DNA from: Hydrolagus affinis
Lineage: Eukaryota
Direction: 5' to 3'
Assembly: GCA_012026655.1 (NCBI GenBank)
Contig: JAAILG010000117.1
Span: forward strand, 1 to 64,000
Length of the DNA: 64,000 nt
Both the position numbers and the translations under genes were made by a program. How positions within the stretch are numbered: the first letter of the stretch is position 1; the number at the start of each line of letters is the position of its first letter. The notes under the pieces are model-generated. The model had not been told where the DNA came from, did not search any database, and saw nothing but the letters and a program-made list of their open reading frames with translations. Of the stretch, positions 1 to 13,839 are shown one piece after another.

Positions 1-1020
1 CAGTGCCTTAATGTCCTTCCTGAAGTAAGGTGCCCAGAACTGGACGCAGTACTCCAGCTGAGGCCTAACCAGTGTTTTGTATAGATTAACCATAACCTCC
101 CTTCTCTTATACTCTATGCCCCTACTAATAAAGCTCAGTACACCAAATGCCTTTTTTACTGCCTTATCTACTTACCCTGCTACCTTTAATGATTCGCTTA
201 CTTGAACACCCAGATCTCTCTGTACGTTCACCCCCCTTAAGATTGAGCTACCAAGTCTATATTGCCTCCTATCAATTTTCCTACCTAAGTGTATCACCTC
301 ACACTTATCCACATTGAAATCCATTTACCACATGTCAGCCCATGCCACCATTCTATGTATGTCTGCTTGCAGTTGGTTACGTCCTCCTCACTATTTACTA
401 CCCTACCTAACTTTGTATCATCTGCAAACTTGGAAATAGTGCTCTCTATGCCCAAGTCCAGATCATTAATATATATTAGAAAGAGCAGTGGTCCCAATAC
501 CGATCCCTGGGGACACCACTGCACACCTCCTTCCATTTCGAGAAACACCCATTAACCACCACCCTCTGCTTTCTGTCACTCAGCCAGTTCGTAATCCAAA
601 CTGGCGCTGTCCCCTTAATACCGTGGGCCTCTAATTTTTTTTATTAATCTCTTATTCGGTACTGTGTCAAAAGCCTTTTTGAAATCCATCTAAATAACGT
701 TCACCGGATTTCCCTCATCAACCCTCGCAGTCACCTCTTCAAAAAATTCTATTAGATTTATTAGGCAAGATTTGCCTTTAACAAATCCATGTTCGCAGTC
801 TCTAATTACCTCGTGTTCCTCTAAATAGAGATTTATTCTATCCCGGATTATGGTCTCCAGTAATTTTCCTATTACCAAAGTAAGGCTGACTGGCCTGTAA
901 TTTCCAGGTTTGTCTTTCTGCCCCTTTTTCTAGAGGGGGGTAACATTAGACACTCTCCAGTCTCTTGGCAACACTCCTGTGTCCAATGAAGATTCAAATA
1001 TAATGGCCAGAGCCTCCGCT
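1..1020 (-). mobile_element. CR1-clade LINE ORF2 (reverse transcriptase) fragment, frameshifted
   Basis: Minus-strand ORFs with [29 protein letters not shown] and KLLETIIRDRI..HGFVKGKSCL.NL.EFFEEVT; runs off the window start. Confidence 0.92.
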
Positions 1021-3569
1021 ATTTGAACCTGCAGGGAATATTTTCTATTCAATGGCAATTACTCAGAGGGAGATCAAACACGGGTTTTCAATTTCTATTT
1101 ACATATACCACCTCAGGTTTGATAAGCACAAATGTGGCAGAAAAAAAATATTTTCACACAAAACACACTATCCAGTTCAAAATAAGTAGCCGTCATGAAA
1201 CTTTTAGCCCGACAGCAGCTGTGGTTGACATCCTGAATGTTAATTTGCAAAATTCTGACTCCACAGTTAACAGCTATGTAATTTGTAGATGCAGTCCAAT
1301 CTTATGATTGAATGTCACAAACGTGGAACAATTCTGCAAACAGTTATCTTAAAATATAACCAGCAAACAGCCTGCTTAAAGCTGGCATCAAGAAAATTGC
1401 TTTATTCCGTCTTTTGCTCCTCAAGGCCAGTAATAGCTGCAGAATTGGTTCCTTGTCCCCACACTTTGAGTCAATATGATTACCCACACTGATACCCCAT
1501 GCTGCAATTTTTGAACCCACAGATGTTTTAAATACCAGTCCTGATCTTAATCATTGTTGCATAATTGTTTTTCGAAGATTCTATTTATTTTGATTTTTGC
1601 AACGCTCAGAAGCTGATCTTTTTTGCCCCAAGTTTTAAGTTCTGTCAATTGGATGTATGCAGTCGTGTGGTCTGAGTGACAGGCTTGCTCAAGAAAAAAG
1701 ATTCATGTTCTAACCTGAAGATTACCAATGACAAGGTGACCTAAGCAGCTGAAAGGAATTAATACTGTCCATCCATCAGTAGCTTTCATGAAACATCTAG
1801 AGTTGCTTTTGGTCTTCAGATGCATGAATCTAAATGCATTAGGATTTAAATAACGAGTATTTCTAATGAGGATTTCTTAATAGGGAATCTGAATTTGCTT
1901 AATTAATAGGTCTTCCCAAAGGAAGAACACAGGGATCGACTTGTAGAGTTGAGTTCCTGCAAATTTCTTCAGAAATGTTACACAGACCATACAGCATGGA
2001 CACATAGCAATCTGTCCAACTGGTCCATGACAGTGTTTACACCATGTGTGAACCTTTACTCCTCCTAATCCGACCTGCGTACACCTCTCTATTCCCTTCT
2101 CCCACATTTATGTCCCATTCTCTTATGTTGTGTGACACATTCTATTGTTGGTTCAGAGATTTTGTTGAATGACTGCAGTGTGGCTCATCATTCAAGTCAG
2201 CAACTGATAATATTAGCGAACAAGAAATTTAACTTTTTTTTACATAGCATGCATGTGTCCTCTCAGAGCTGATTTATTTATTTATCTAGCAGTAGATATC
2301 CAGCCAAAAAATCATTATGTCTTCACAGAAATGGCTCTCTGACTTTTGTTAAAGTTTCTACTTTGTCATCCAAAAAACGTTTTACTTTAGCAATCTGACA
2401 GGATAACTCAAACTAAATTTCTCAATGTGTATTATGGAAATATTAGCAAAACCCACAGGCACTTCTGTAAAATGTCTAGACTGGTGCTTCATAGGAAAGA
2501 GTAGCTAAGTGTCACAAACTACTCTACTTCTATGCATTAATATGCCAATGGCAACCAGCATTTGTTACTTAATGGATCAGAGTGATATTTCAGTGGGTGA
2601 CAGCTCAAGATTAATATGAGGCATACACTCCACAACTACAGTATGCTCTGATATTCATTGGAAATCATTACCTCTGGAAGGGATTTAAGGGAAGGGTTCA
2701 AGCACTCACATCTGCTGCCCAGCATAAAGGGTGCTATATAAATGCAAACATGTTGTTGTTGTTGAAATTAAAATCTGTAAAATAACAGATCTTTTCCTTC
2801 CCAGTTTGAACTTCTTGTAGTGCAGTAAATTACCCAAAGCCCTGTGTTTTTTTTACTCTCACTCACTCTCTCTCTCTTCTAACTGTTTTTTGATCAGATG
2901 AAATGCTCTCCTGAGATTTCCTGCATCTACACTTTCAAATAGACTCAGTACGACATTGGGTCAGAGTGAAAATGAAAATCACAGAGCGATTATTATTTTC
3001 TGGTTTTATGCGCTGGAATAGATGGGAGGATATTCTTCAGGTTTCTCAAGTACAGCCTGAAACAAATTAAACACAATATGCTGCCTTCAAAGGGGAATTA
3101 TGTGACTGTTCAACTGCTGAACTTGCAAATAGGCTGAGATAATTTGCCTCTGAGAAACAAAAGCTGTGAATAGCTTCTGGGTTCCCAAATGCATCTTACA
3201 GAAAGACAGCTTTTTGCCATCATTTGTTTGTGAAGACTGTGGGACTTGCTTGGTGACAGTGGGAGCAGAAGAAAAAGGAAAGGCACAACTGAAAGGGTGT
3301 CTTAAATATCATCAAATAATTAGATTGAGTTGGACAGCTCTTTTCGGAGTTGGCGCAGACACGATGGGCCGAATGGCTGTATGGTTCTATGATTCTATCT
3401 GTAAAATAACTGTTATTCAGTACTTTTTAAATGTTTACCGCTGAATATAGTTGGACAAATGGACATTGTTTTGTCTATAGTCTGTCTTGGTAAAACGTGA
3501 CAGGTATTTTAATAGACAGCTTCCTTGAAAATGAACTGATTTGACATATGAAGGGTTTTGTTTTTCACT

Positions 3570-3702
3570 CAATTACCGCAACTTTCACCCACAAATATAC
3601 AGTCACTTCACTTTACAGTATATTCTGTGAAGCACTTTGAGAGCCAATAAAATGTGAAAAGCGCTCTATCAAATGTAACAATTATTATTATTATTATTAT
3701 TC
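3570..3702 (+). mobile_element. tRNA-derived SINE, 3' fragment
   Basis: cccacaaatatacagtc..ttcactttacagtatattctgtgaagcactttg..tatcaaatg followed by an (ATT)n tail. Confidence 0.8.
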
Positions 3703-6516
3703 GTGCTGATTAACTGAATCCAGAAAGGATTATGGATACTGAAATAGCACTACCATATATTCCATTTCTCACTGTACAGTAAAATACTGTAGTGCATTTC
3801 TGAGGCTGTGTTAATCCCCATTTCTCCTTCCTTTTCTTACGTTTACATCTGAAAAGCTTTTTTTTTTAAAATGATCTTGGTTTTGTGGAATACTAAAATG
3901 TTTTCCGGTGTCCAGGAGATTTAACATAAGCAAACGTGCTCAGGTAAATTGATTTTGAATACATTTCTGCTTGGTAATAAAATTCACTACTGAAACTTTC
4001 TGCTACCTAATTGACTTCAAACTCTGGTAAAACATTTCTGCTCCTTTCTCTTTATTTTTTGCAAACTTGGGCCTGGAAATGTATGATCACATACACTGCA
4101 GAATGTACTACCCGGCCTTGTGTCATTGAAAACACAAGATGAGCAAGTTTCTAAGAATCATGTCTCAGTATAGAATTATAGACATTTCAGCATGGAAGAA
4201 AGCCATAGTTTTCCTGCTGTGCAAGCTCCTTACTGGCGTTAACTACTCTAATCCTATTTCCCTGCTCTTTTTTTCCTTTTCATATTGTTGTTCGTCCAAT
4301 GTTTCACAGTGTTTTTTAATTGACTTGGCTTCAAGACCGCTTGTAAGAACACATCCTTCTAGATCCCCACAGTGCTTTCAGGAAGAAATTCAGCTCTCAT
4401 AATAACATTAAGAGAAGGTCTGTTTTAATAGATTGCTTGAAACCCTTGATTAGGTTAGTGAGCCAGTGCGATTTGCACCCATGGATTTACACTGTGCTGG
4501 TGAGAACTATGTTGCTACCTCTGGCCTTTCGGAATTGCAAGATTTTTAAAAAACCATCATGGAAGGCAAAACTGAGTAACCTTTACTATGGGTTACCAGG
4601 AATGGTAGTAGAGGATATTCAACTTGTTTTAAGAAATGTGTTGATAATACAAAGGGAAGACATATACAGAAAGGATGAGATCAAATGGCCAAAAGGATTT
4701 TTTCATGCAAACTTCTCTTGTATTCTTCACAAATCAAGTCCCCAATTCTGTAATATGAGATCAAAAGAAATATTGGCAGATTTCTCCAACATATATCATG
4801 TGTAAACAACTATTATTTGGCCTACATTTATTAGATTGAACAACAGTTTCATCCTCTGACTGACAATTTTGACAGCATTTGAGCTTTCCTAAAAGCCTTG
4901 TTGTGCAAAACTCAGATCACTCACCTCTTAACCCACAGTACAGCATGATTAGCATTTTCTAATGTCAGGTTCAGTTGCCGCTTTTTCATTCTGAATGTTA
5001 CGTGTACACTTTGTGCTTCCTTGGACAGTGCAGCATTCACAGGTATCATGTAAAGTAGAAGAAATCTTTGGATTTTGACCCGATTCTGTTTTCAGGCATT
5101 GAAGAAATAAATATTGAGTGAGATATTCCTCAGACTGTCAGAGCTCATTTCGTCATTGATGTTATCATTAATGGCCATCTGTGAGACCTGGCCACAAGAG
5201 CTGATTTCAAGTCTCCAATTTTGATGCAAAATGCTTCAGTCTGCTCTCCAGGTTCACTGCATTCCATGACTTTATCGCATTATTTTCTCCACTAAGATTG
5301 AAAAAGAATAAAATCGCAAGGTCACATCAAGGGATGAGATTAGCTCAATGATGCATACTTTTAGTCAAAGTACACAGGAACATAAGGAATAGGAGTAGGC
5401 TATTCATCCCATTAAGCCTGTTCCGCCATTCTACAAGATCATGGGTGATCGTGCCTCAAATCGAAACACATTGTTAATCATTTTTATATGCTTCACATAG
5501 TCGCGGTTTACCATAACCATTCGTACAAGACCAAGGAATTGTTGTGTTGATTTCTCATTCCAATGAAATTAGAGATTTCAAATTTAATAGCTTGGAGACT
5601 ATATTGGGTGGAAATTGAGATTATTTTTCTATTACAAATTGACGTTAGTAAATCACTTCATCGGCCATTGTGTTTCAAAACTAATTTTAAATTGATGGAC
5701 ATCAAATAGTCATAACAAAGAATTATTTGCAATTCAGAAAATGCTCACCTCGCCCTCCCTCATATCATCTCCCTCACTTGTTTTGTTCAAAAGAAGTCAC
5801 AAATCATTAAGGCTATCTGTGCATGTCACCACAAAATAGGTGACCCATTTTAGATTCTAAATCACAAGGTAGTGAGAGAAGACAGCTAAAGCTTCTCTGA
5901 AATGCATTCTATGCCACAATCAATATGTACTACTGTACTGTGGTACTCAGTGCAGATATCTGACAAGACTGTATATTTGTGGAAATTATGGGGTTGTCAG
6001 TGCTACGTTCACGACTTTTAATCTTTACGTGAGTTTGTACCTCCACATCTTCTCACCTGCCAATTCAGCTATCAGCAGGAGCCCAAAGGAAATCAAGTAA
6101 ATTCTCTACAATATTCATCCATCACTATAACTCTGCTTTTCACTCTGACTGACTTAGCTCCACAGATAATATTTCCTGGAGGCCCAGCAGTATATAAATC
6201 ATTGTATCCCTTGTAGTATATTCTTTCAAACTTTTGTCCTGCTTGAGGCTCTTAATTGTAAACGTTAGCCTCTCTTTCTCCTCTCACAGTCTAACTCAAG
6301 TACATTGGCTTTCAGCAGTATGAAGACTTGTTCTCTCCCCACCCCCAGCTTAATTTTTAATGTTTTCGTAAAGAAAACTTGCATTTCATATAGCTTTGTA
6401 TCATGTTATTGAAACATTTCAAAGCTCTTCACAGAATTTATTGTGGAGTGCAGTGACCTTTCATTTGTAGCTAGACTGAAGTGGTTTGTGGGCTTCTCCT
6501 CATAACTTATATAGTA

Positions 6517-6625
6517 TAATAATAATCCTTGCATTTGACACAGCACTTTTCACATCTTCTAGACGTCTCAAAGCCCTTCACAGCGTAAACTGCAAAGTGA
6601 ATTGATGGCATATTTGTGGGAGAAA
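6517..6625 (-). mobile_element. tRNA-derived SINE, 3' fragment
   Basis: aataataatccttgcatttg... is the reverse complement of the family tail. Confidence 0.7.
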
Positions 6626-7962
6626 CCTAGTCCCAGAATCATCCTTTACGCTCCACTCCAATGCTTGAATGTGTTTTCTGAGTTCGCACATCCAAACCTA
6701 TACACATTAGGATCAAAAACCCAGCAATTTCTTACAGAATCCTTCAACAACAGTAGGGATGTCTTGAAGTAGCCACAAGTATGTCAAGCCAATCATACTC
6801 AACTCTGTTTTCCTTTGTTGAAACCATTTAAATTGTCATTGATCCAATTTATGTATCATTAAAGTCATTGACATAGATTATTATTGTCTCTGTCTTGTCA
6901 AATGAGAATGGAGAGAATCAATTGTTCTTGATAAGTGCATTTTAATTGATACTGACAAATTGTAAATAGGGGATTTACAAGAGAGGTTTGGATGAAAAAA
7001 GCCCTTTCACCCATTTGATTTCATCTTTCCAAAGCTTCCACATATCCATCTTCCCAATACAGCATTTAGCAGTTTATAAAATGACTCCAGCATCCTAGCC
7101 TAAACGATACTTCTGGTAAATCATTCCAGCTGTTCATTACTCTATGGGTAAAGAAATATTTCCTGATGATTCTTGCAATTTCCCCTTACAACTCCCAACC
7201 CAATGATCTCTTCCTCTGCTGTCATGGTTTATCAAAACGTATTGTCCTGAGCTTTCTCAATCCATTCAAAGTTTTATACACATCTTTGAAGTCCCCTCTG
7301 AGACACAACAGAAGATGTAGGCAACACTTAGCACAAGGGTTGATGACACAGCAGTCCCCATGTGCCAGCTGATCTCAGCAGTTCTTCTAAGTAGGCGAGA
7401 TAACTGCAAAAGGTTTCTTTTGGAAAGAAAAACAAATTTGCTTCACAACATGAAACTCATTTTGCTGCAATAGTAAACTTGGGTTCCATCCTGCTAAATG
7501 AGAGTTTTAACAATCTCCACTTAGCCTGCGGTGCTCTTTCTGCGACTTAAATGTTCCATGGGGACAAGCATTGTTCTTAAAGAATTCTCAAGTCGGAGAA
7601 GTTTACAGTGTGGAAGGAGGTTTTTCAGCCCATTGTACCCGCACCAGCTTTTGAAGAGCTCATTTTTGATACACCACCCCTGCCCTTTCCCCATATCCTT
7701 ATTGGTTTTGTTTTATTTTTCATATATTTGCCTAATTTCCTTTTAAAAGCTGTACTGGATTGAACTTCAACTATATATATTCATCCCTCCTAAACCTAAT
7801 ACCACTGACTCCTGCTCAATCCCCAGACCCCTTCATATTCCTCAACCAGCATTTTGTGCCAGAAGTATTCACTATCGATCAGTTTCAAGGTTACAATCTG
7901 AATATCTTTCAATACTGTCCCATTACATTGTACACCATTGCTTTCTCATAATCCTGTATTCG

Positions 7963-8397
7963 TGGAGTTCCTGTAGCTCAGTGGTTAGAGCACTCGCCTC
8001 ACAAGTTTGAGACCTGTATTTGAATCCAGGCAAATCAGGGTGAAACCACGGGCAAGTTTCCTTACTCCGCACGCCTAATAATAATCCGTCCAAAAAAATA
8101 AATAAAAATTGGTCATTTTCAATCCACAACAGTGGGACACTGCTGTGCGCAATTGGCTGCCACATTTCGCCCACTAATATAAAATAAATAATAAATAATC
8201 CTTGCATTTGATACAGCTCTTTCCACATCTTATCAACGTCCCAAAGTGCTTCACAGAATATACTGTAAGGTGAATTGACTGTATATATTTGTGGGCGAAT
8301 ATACAGTCAATTCACTCTACAGTATATTCTCTGAAGCACTTTGAGAGGTTGATAAGATGTGAAAAGCGCTATATCAAATGTAAGGATTATTATTATA
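7963..8397 (+). mobile_element. Full tRNA-derived SINE with an internal inverted copy of its own 3' end
   Basis: A-box-like tagctcagtggttagagc and B-box-like ttgaatcc, body, inverted tail at 8185-8298, then normal tail. Confidence 0.85.
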
Positions 8398-9502
8398 TTA
8401 GTATTGATATTGATAATGGGCTATTGCAGGTCTTATTGTCCCTCCATCTTCCTCCTTTATTTTTATGATGATCGTTATAAATGTATCCTTCCACATTGCT
8501 ACCTCACTGGCATATGGATGTACTGGTAGTTGGCCCTTATTTAACTTGCTTCATTACACAGTTGTAGAATAGTTACATTCCCCTGACTGTTCAACGCCTT
8601 GGGATATCCTCCCTACGTTAAAGGCGCTCTACAAATGTAATTTTGTTGTTGCTGTTGAACATTGGCAAAAAGTTGACCATCCCTGAGATTTAACTTATCA
8701 AAAAAAACTCCCAATTTTTGAATACCTCTAGTGGGTTTCCTCTTGCTTTTCTGATTTATACAGGGAATTTGAGGATGCTTTGTAAAAAACATTACTGAGA
8801 TGTCCTGGTAGGAAAGCAAAATTATAATTGTTTGTCTCAGAACTCAATCAGGACAGTAGTTAATGTGAGATATCAAGCAGCGAGAGAATGTTGATGGCCT
8901 GAAACATGAATACATTAGAAAGGCAGGCACACCATTTAGACTAATTGTGCCCAATTGTTTCAATAAGCAAAATTATTGTCTATCTAACTGCTTTTAGTCC
9001 TATGTTGTTCACCCTTGACTGATTGATGTTCAGGGACCGTTATATCACGAGCCTCTCTTTCATGCCAGCAGCTCAGGAATATACTTGGATTCAGTCATTC
9101 TCTATCTGTGCTTATTCCATTAACCCTCAATTCCTTTCCTTAAACAGATATTCATCCAGTTCTTTTTTTAAGGATAATGTACTAATTGGTTTACTGAAAG
9201 TCTGTTTTCTATGGCCACCACTCTACAGGAAAAATAATCCTCTGATCTCAAGTCATGCTGCAGGCTTGTTAGTGTTATACTCTGGTTCTGAGGACGTGTG
9301 CTCACAATCGGGGAAGGTATTTGAAGTCTGACCATGTTTCTGAAAGTACCACAGTTCTCCTTTTTTGATGAATAAATTCATCTGTACATTTCTAATATGC
9401 AAGCTGTCTGTTTTATTTCTCAATAAAATGATACATGAGAGAGGTAACGGACTTCATCCTTGGTGCTTGAGTGTTTCCATATTTGTCATATTTGTAGTAT
9501 TA

Positions 9503-9806
9503 ATAATGATCCTGTCATTTGATATAGTGCTTTTCACAATGGGAGGATATTTCCAAGCGCTTCACAGGATGTGTTGTAAAGTGCGGTGATTGTATTTTGT
9601 AGACAAACACGACAGATAATTTTGAGCACTCCAATGTCTGATAAACCATGAAGACATGAAGTGAATGACCAATTATATTTATTTTTTGAGGATTTGTTGG
9701 CCAGGGCACAGTGAGAAACTCACACTTTTCTTTTTGAGTAGAGCCATGGTATCTTTAACGTCCCCCTGAACATTCAGATAGGGTCTTACTTTAATGTCTC
9801 ATCCTC
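9503..9806 (-). mobile_element. Deu-domain SINE, decayed
   Basis: Reverse complement resembles Deu-domain motifs (gatgagac.ttaaa..., aaagat.ccatggc, cctggccaac) plus the shared 3' tail. Confidence 0.55.
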
Positions 9807-11189
9807 CAGTCTGGCACCCATTCGTATTTTCCATTTATATGAATGTGTACTAACATTAAGTTGGTACACAACTGTGTTCACCTTATTTGTGCACAGATTT
9901 CATTTTTGATAGCCGCTGTAAGGTTAGTTACATTGATAACTGATTCCATAGAGGGTGTGATGACCTTCTCGGACTGGGCCTTCTAATCACCTGCAGTTCA
10001 AGTCATGATCACATCCTTCCCTGATAAACTTCACCTCGTGCTCGGTTCCCTCCAAATTTCCCTATTCTCCACTCTAACACAACTGGATCAAGCAGCGTAA
10101 TATGAGAGATTTTAAACCTGTGGTGACATGATTGTTATTCCAACTTTAATTAATGTTATTTAATTTATTGAAACAATTGGTGCTAAAACCGCATTTGTTT
10201 CCAGGAATCAATATAGGTGTCTTTAGGGACTGATGCTGGTTGGTAGTGCTTTGCTGAAGTCTTGCCTTTTTAGTTGCATAGGGCTGCTGCACTCACCATC
10301 TTAAGCTGTAGTGCCGCGCTTGCACAGCCATCAGCAGTTTAATTTGCATCCTATTGATGCAAACGGAATTCTTCAGCTTCGAATTACAATGCATTTACAT
10401 GCATTGAGCCCACAGCTGTAATTTACAGCAGAAGGCTTTAATACGAAAGCGTTGGGAAGGTACAGAGTTGCTTGGCACTAACCTTTTTTGAAATAAGGGT
10501 ATTTGTCTAATCTGAAATTGCAGGCAGGCGGACAAACGTTCTTAAATGCCAAGGCTGCAGATTTGGACAGTAGCAGAGCAAAAAATAAAACAGTCTGTCC
10601 TTTTGTTTGTTCAAGCCTTGCATCAAATTTGATAGGAAGATTCGCAGTGGTACTGATTCCGACAGGATTATGAAAAAAAAATGGAAAAGCTCCCAATATC
10701 AATGCGAACCAATTTCAGGCGTATTTTTCCAGCACATTGAAGGTCGCACTGTTAATTTGCCTTCACTACAAAATTAATGGAACTTCAGCTTTTATCCTTG
10801 ATAAAGGAGAAGCCAGTCACCATATCACTGGCTTCTCAAGTAAGCTTACTGCAGATCAATCTGGGCTGAGAAATTTAATGGGACTATCGCAGCATGTCTT
10901 CATCATCAGAAGTTCAATTCATTTGCTGCCAAGGAAAATTCAAACTACTTCCCGGAGGTAAGCTTTGTTCCAAGGCTGATCATTTAAGTGATTGTGGGCC
11001 GCTGTTTGCAAAGCTTTGTTAATCTATTCAGTGGAAACGTGGTGGAAGAGTACATCTGTTGAGATTTTGTTTTGCAGTGAAGCAGTTTAGCCAGAGAGTG
11101 ATCAGTATATCTTGGGAATTCTGAATCTTAATCCCCGAATCTTCATCAAGTTCTTATGCTGTTAATATCCAGATTCCTGTAGCCAATTA

Positions 11190-11405
11190 CAGTAAAAGCC
11201 CGTTGATCTGAGACCCTCAGGACCTGGCCAATGCTGGTTAAACCGCCTACCGGATATTTGGCCAAAAATGCAAAAAAAAATTAATATTTTTTTCAAAACA
11301 TTTTTCCAGATAAATTACGGTTAATCGAATGTGGACCTTTTTTTTGCGATGCTGGTTATACGGAAGTTATGGTTGAACGGGTGCCGGATAAACAAGCTTT
11401 TACTG
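11190..11405. mobile_element. Tc1/mariner (Tigger/pogo-like) MITE
   Basis: ta|CAGTAAAAGCCCGTTGATC ... GATAAACAAGCTTTTACTG terminal inverted repeats; same termini as 60093-60453. Confidence 0.8.
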
Positions 11406-11710
11406 CCTTGCAAGCAAGAGGACCCGAGTTCAATTCCCAATCAGGGCAAAACCGTAGGGATGTTTTCGTACTCCACACCCCTCTGTTTACCTAGTGGTAC
11501 GTAGGAACCCAGTTGTTAGTCAATTGGTGGATTGCCCTCCATGGGTATTAATCCTTTAAAAAAAATTGGGTCACTCAAGGAACATTGCTGTGTGCAGTTG
11601 GCTGCCTCAAAATATACAGTCAATTCACCATTGAGTATATTCTTTGACCCATTTTGAGAGTCTCAACAATGTGATGAGTCACCATATCAAATGCAAGGAT
11701 TATTATTAAT
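11406..11710 (+). mobile_element. tRNA-derived SINE, long subtype with extra central block
   Basis: B-box gttcaattccc, central ctctgtttacctagtgg..aggaaccc block, family tail. Confidence 0.75.
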
Positions 11711-13119
11711 ATCTAAATCAAGCTGTTTAGTTCTTATGAATGTTGCCTTTGTCTCACTGATCCTGGATTCTTTCAGAGTTGTACACTGGTTTCTTCTCCT
11801 GAAACTTTTATGGAAATACGTGCATGTTTTCAATGCGCAATGTTCTAAAGTAAACTTTGAGAAATCAATGGGATCTAAAACATTTTATCTTTTTGCTCTA
11901 ACCTCTGGTTTGTGATGCAGAAATTCGTCCATATTCATCAAAGGGTTTCTCTTCATTGTTCTGACAGCAAGCTTTTAAAATATTAGCCAGTATACTCTTT
12001 CAGTATAAAAAAAATCAACAATTATTGCTTTGCTTGACATGGGGTGAACTTTGGGGCTCTCTTGATTCCGATCAAATGTATTTAGTGTCAGATGGTTTCA
12101 GTATATTATGTGTTCAGCTACCTCTTCTGCAGAATTGTATTTTTTTATTGCTTGCTACCTTTGCCTCTCAGGGTGTCACAGCTAGTAAATGAAATCCTGA
12201 CCCCAGTAAATAATAATCTACAAATTGTGTAACTGATGTTTGAAGAGAAAGTTGCCACGTATTTGACAACCAACCATGTCTATTAGGGTAGAAGGAGCTT
12301 GGCCTTTACTAGTGAGGACTAACTAGTGAGGACGAAGTAGTTCTTCAGTTAAAAAAAAATGTAGTTTACTTAAATGAGTTGAATGAATCCACTGTTCGCC
12401 AATGTCTTTTAATTCCTGAATAATTCAGACCATATATTCCAGTAGAACATACCCTCGATTAGCTTGAAATGCACACTGCTGCATTTCCCGTCGAGTCACA
12501 TCCACCACCCTAAACTTGCAGATATTACTCATCCTACATATTAGATCTTCCATAAAAGATAATTTCCCTAATTACATATTTAAGAGCCATCACCACACTG
12601 TTAGGGAAAGATGGCGTTATAGTGATTTAAGATCCTTTTGAAATCAGAGTGGTGCACCTGGATCCCATTAGAAGAGGTGATTAGATCACCCAAAAAGCCA
12701 TAACTGGAAAATTATATGTGAATAACGCTAATTAATAATATCAGAAAGTAATTTAAAAGTTCTACAGTTTGAGCCCTGATGGCTTCAAGATTAAGACGGC
12801 TTTCTTTGCCTTCAGATGCTTGTTTTCGGAATCCAGTTCAGAAATGAGTGATGAGGCCTGCTCTCGATGATGAGAGTGAAGCTCCCACTAGAAACGGTTA
12901 CCTGCATTTGCAGTCTGTTCCCCAACCCACACAAATGAATGCTTGGCATACGCTTCGCTCAATCTGTCTTCCGAGCCCCGGAAGCCCAAATCTTAGGATG
13001 GTTGGGGCTGCTTTTCCAGAGGGAGAAAGGACAAGCTTAACCTGGCCAACATTGCACCCCCTTCAAACATTCTGTGCAGCTTGGATGGTTGATGTGTTTT
13101 TCAAAGATATATATCATGT

Positions 13120-13424
13120 TAGTGCTGGAGGGAAGTGCTCTAATGCCAGAGGTGTCTACCTCTCAATGAGATATGAAACCGAGGTCCTGACTACCTGATG
13201 GAGGATAAGGATCCCATGGCTCAAGTCAAAAAGAGAGTGAAGTTTTCCCCGGCCAACAGTCCTGTAGACAAAATCAATCATTCGCTTCATCGCAGTTTGT
13301 GGGACATTGCTCTGTGCAAAATTGGCTGATGGTTTGTCTGCAAATTACACTCACAACAATTTACAGTAAACCCTGTGACATTCACTGAATATAAAGGGCG
13401 TACATTAAATGCAAGGATTATTAC
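13120..13424 (+). mobile_element. Deu-domain SINE, decayed
   Basis: tgagatatgaaaccgaggtcctgact..ggatcccatggc..ccccggccaac resembles the Deu domain of AmnSINE1/SacSINE1 (from memory); followed by the family tail. Confidence 0.65.
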
Positions 13425-13839
13425 TGAGGCTTGTGCTCAATTTTTAAAGACAAAACCCCAGTTAATATGGTGAAGAGTGAAATAACTATGGAGGGAAGAA
13501 ATTAGAAATTTTGAGTTGGGAGTTCTACTTAATAAACTTTGTCGTTCAATCAAAGTATCCTTTTTTCTCTATTGATGTGGTCTAGCAAACAATGCAAGCT
13601 TATGGAAGTGTGTTTCTGGCACTGTCAGATGCTGGTGAATGTGATACTTTCCAGATCAAATATAAAAGAAAAAAATCTGATTGATGTTAGAGGATACAGA
13701 TACTTTGCTCTCAAAATCTAGCTCTAGGTAGGAGCTTAGAACATTTGTTTTATGTTTTCATACAATTTACCTCACTAGCATCAATACTCTTTTTAACTGT
13801 ATCTCCCTATAGCATGTTTAGGCTTTAATACATTGTTAT

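Noticed and set aside
7963-8040. tRNA gene-like sequences (also 26791, 29754)
   Set aside because: A/B boxes run directly into SINE bodies; no complete cloverleaf.
12308-12333. Short tandem duplications (actagtgaggac x2; also 28421 and 29590)
   Set aside because: Ordinary slippage-scale duplications; not an array or CRISPR-like structure.
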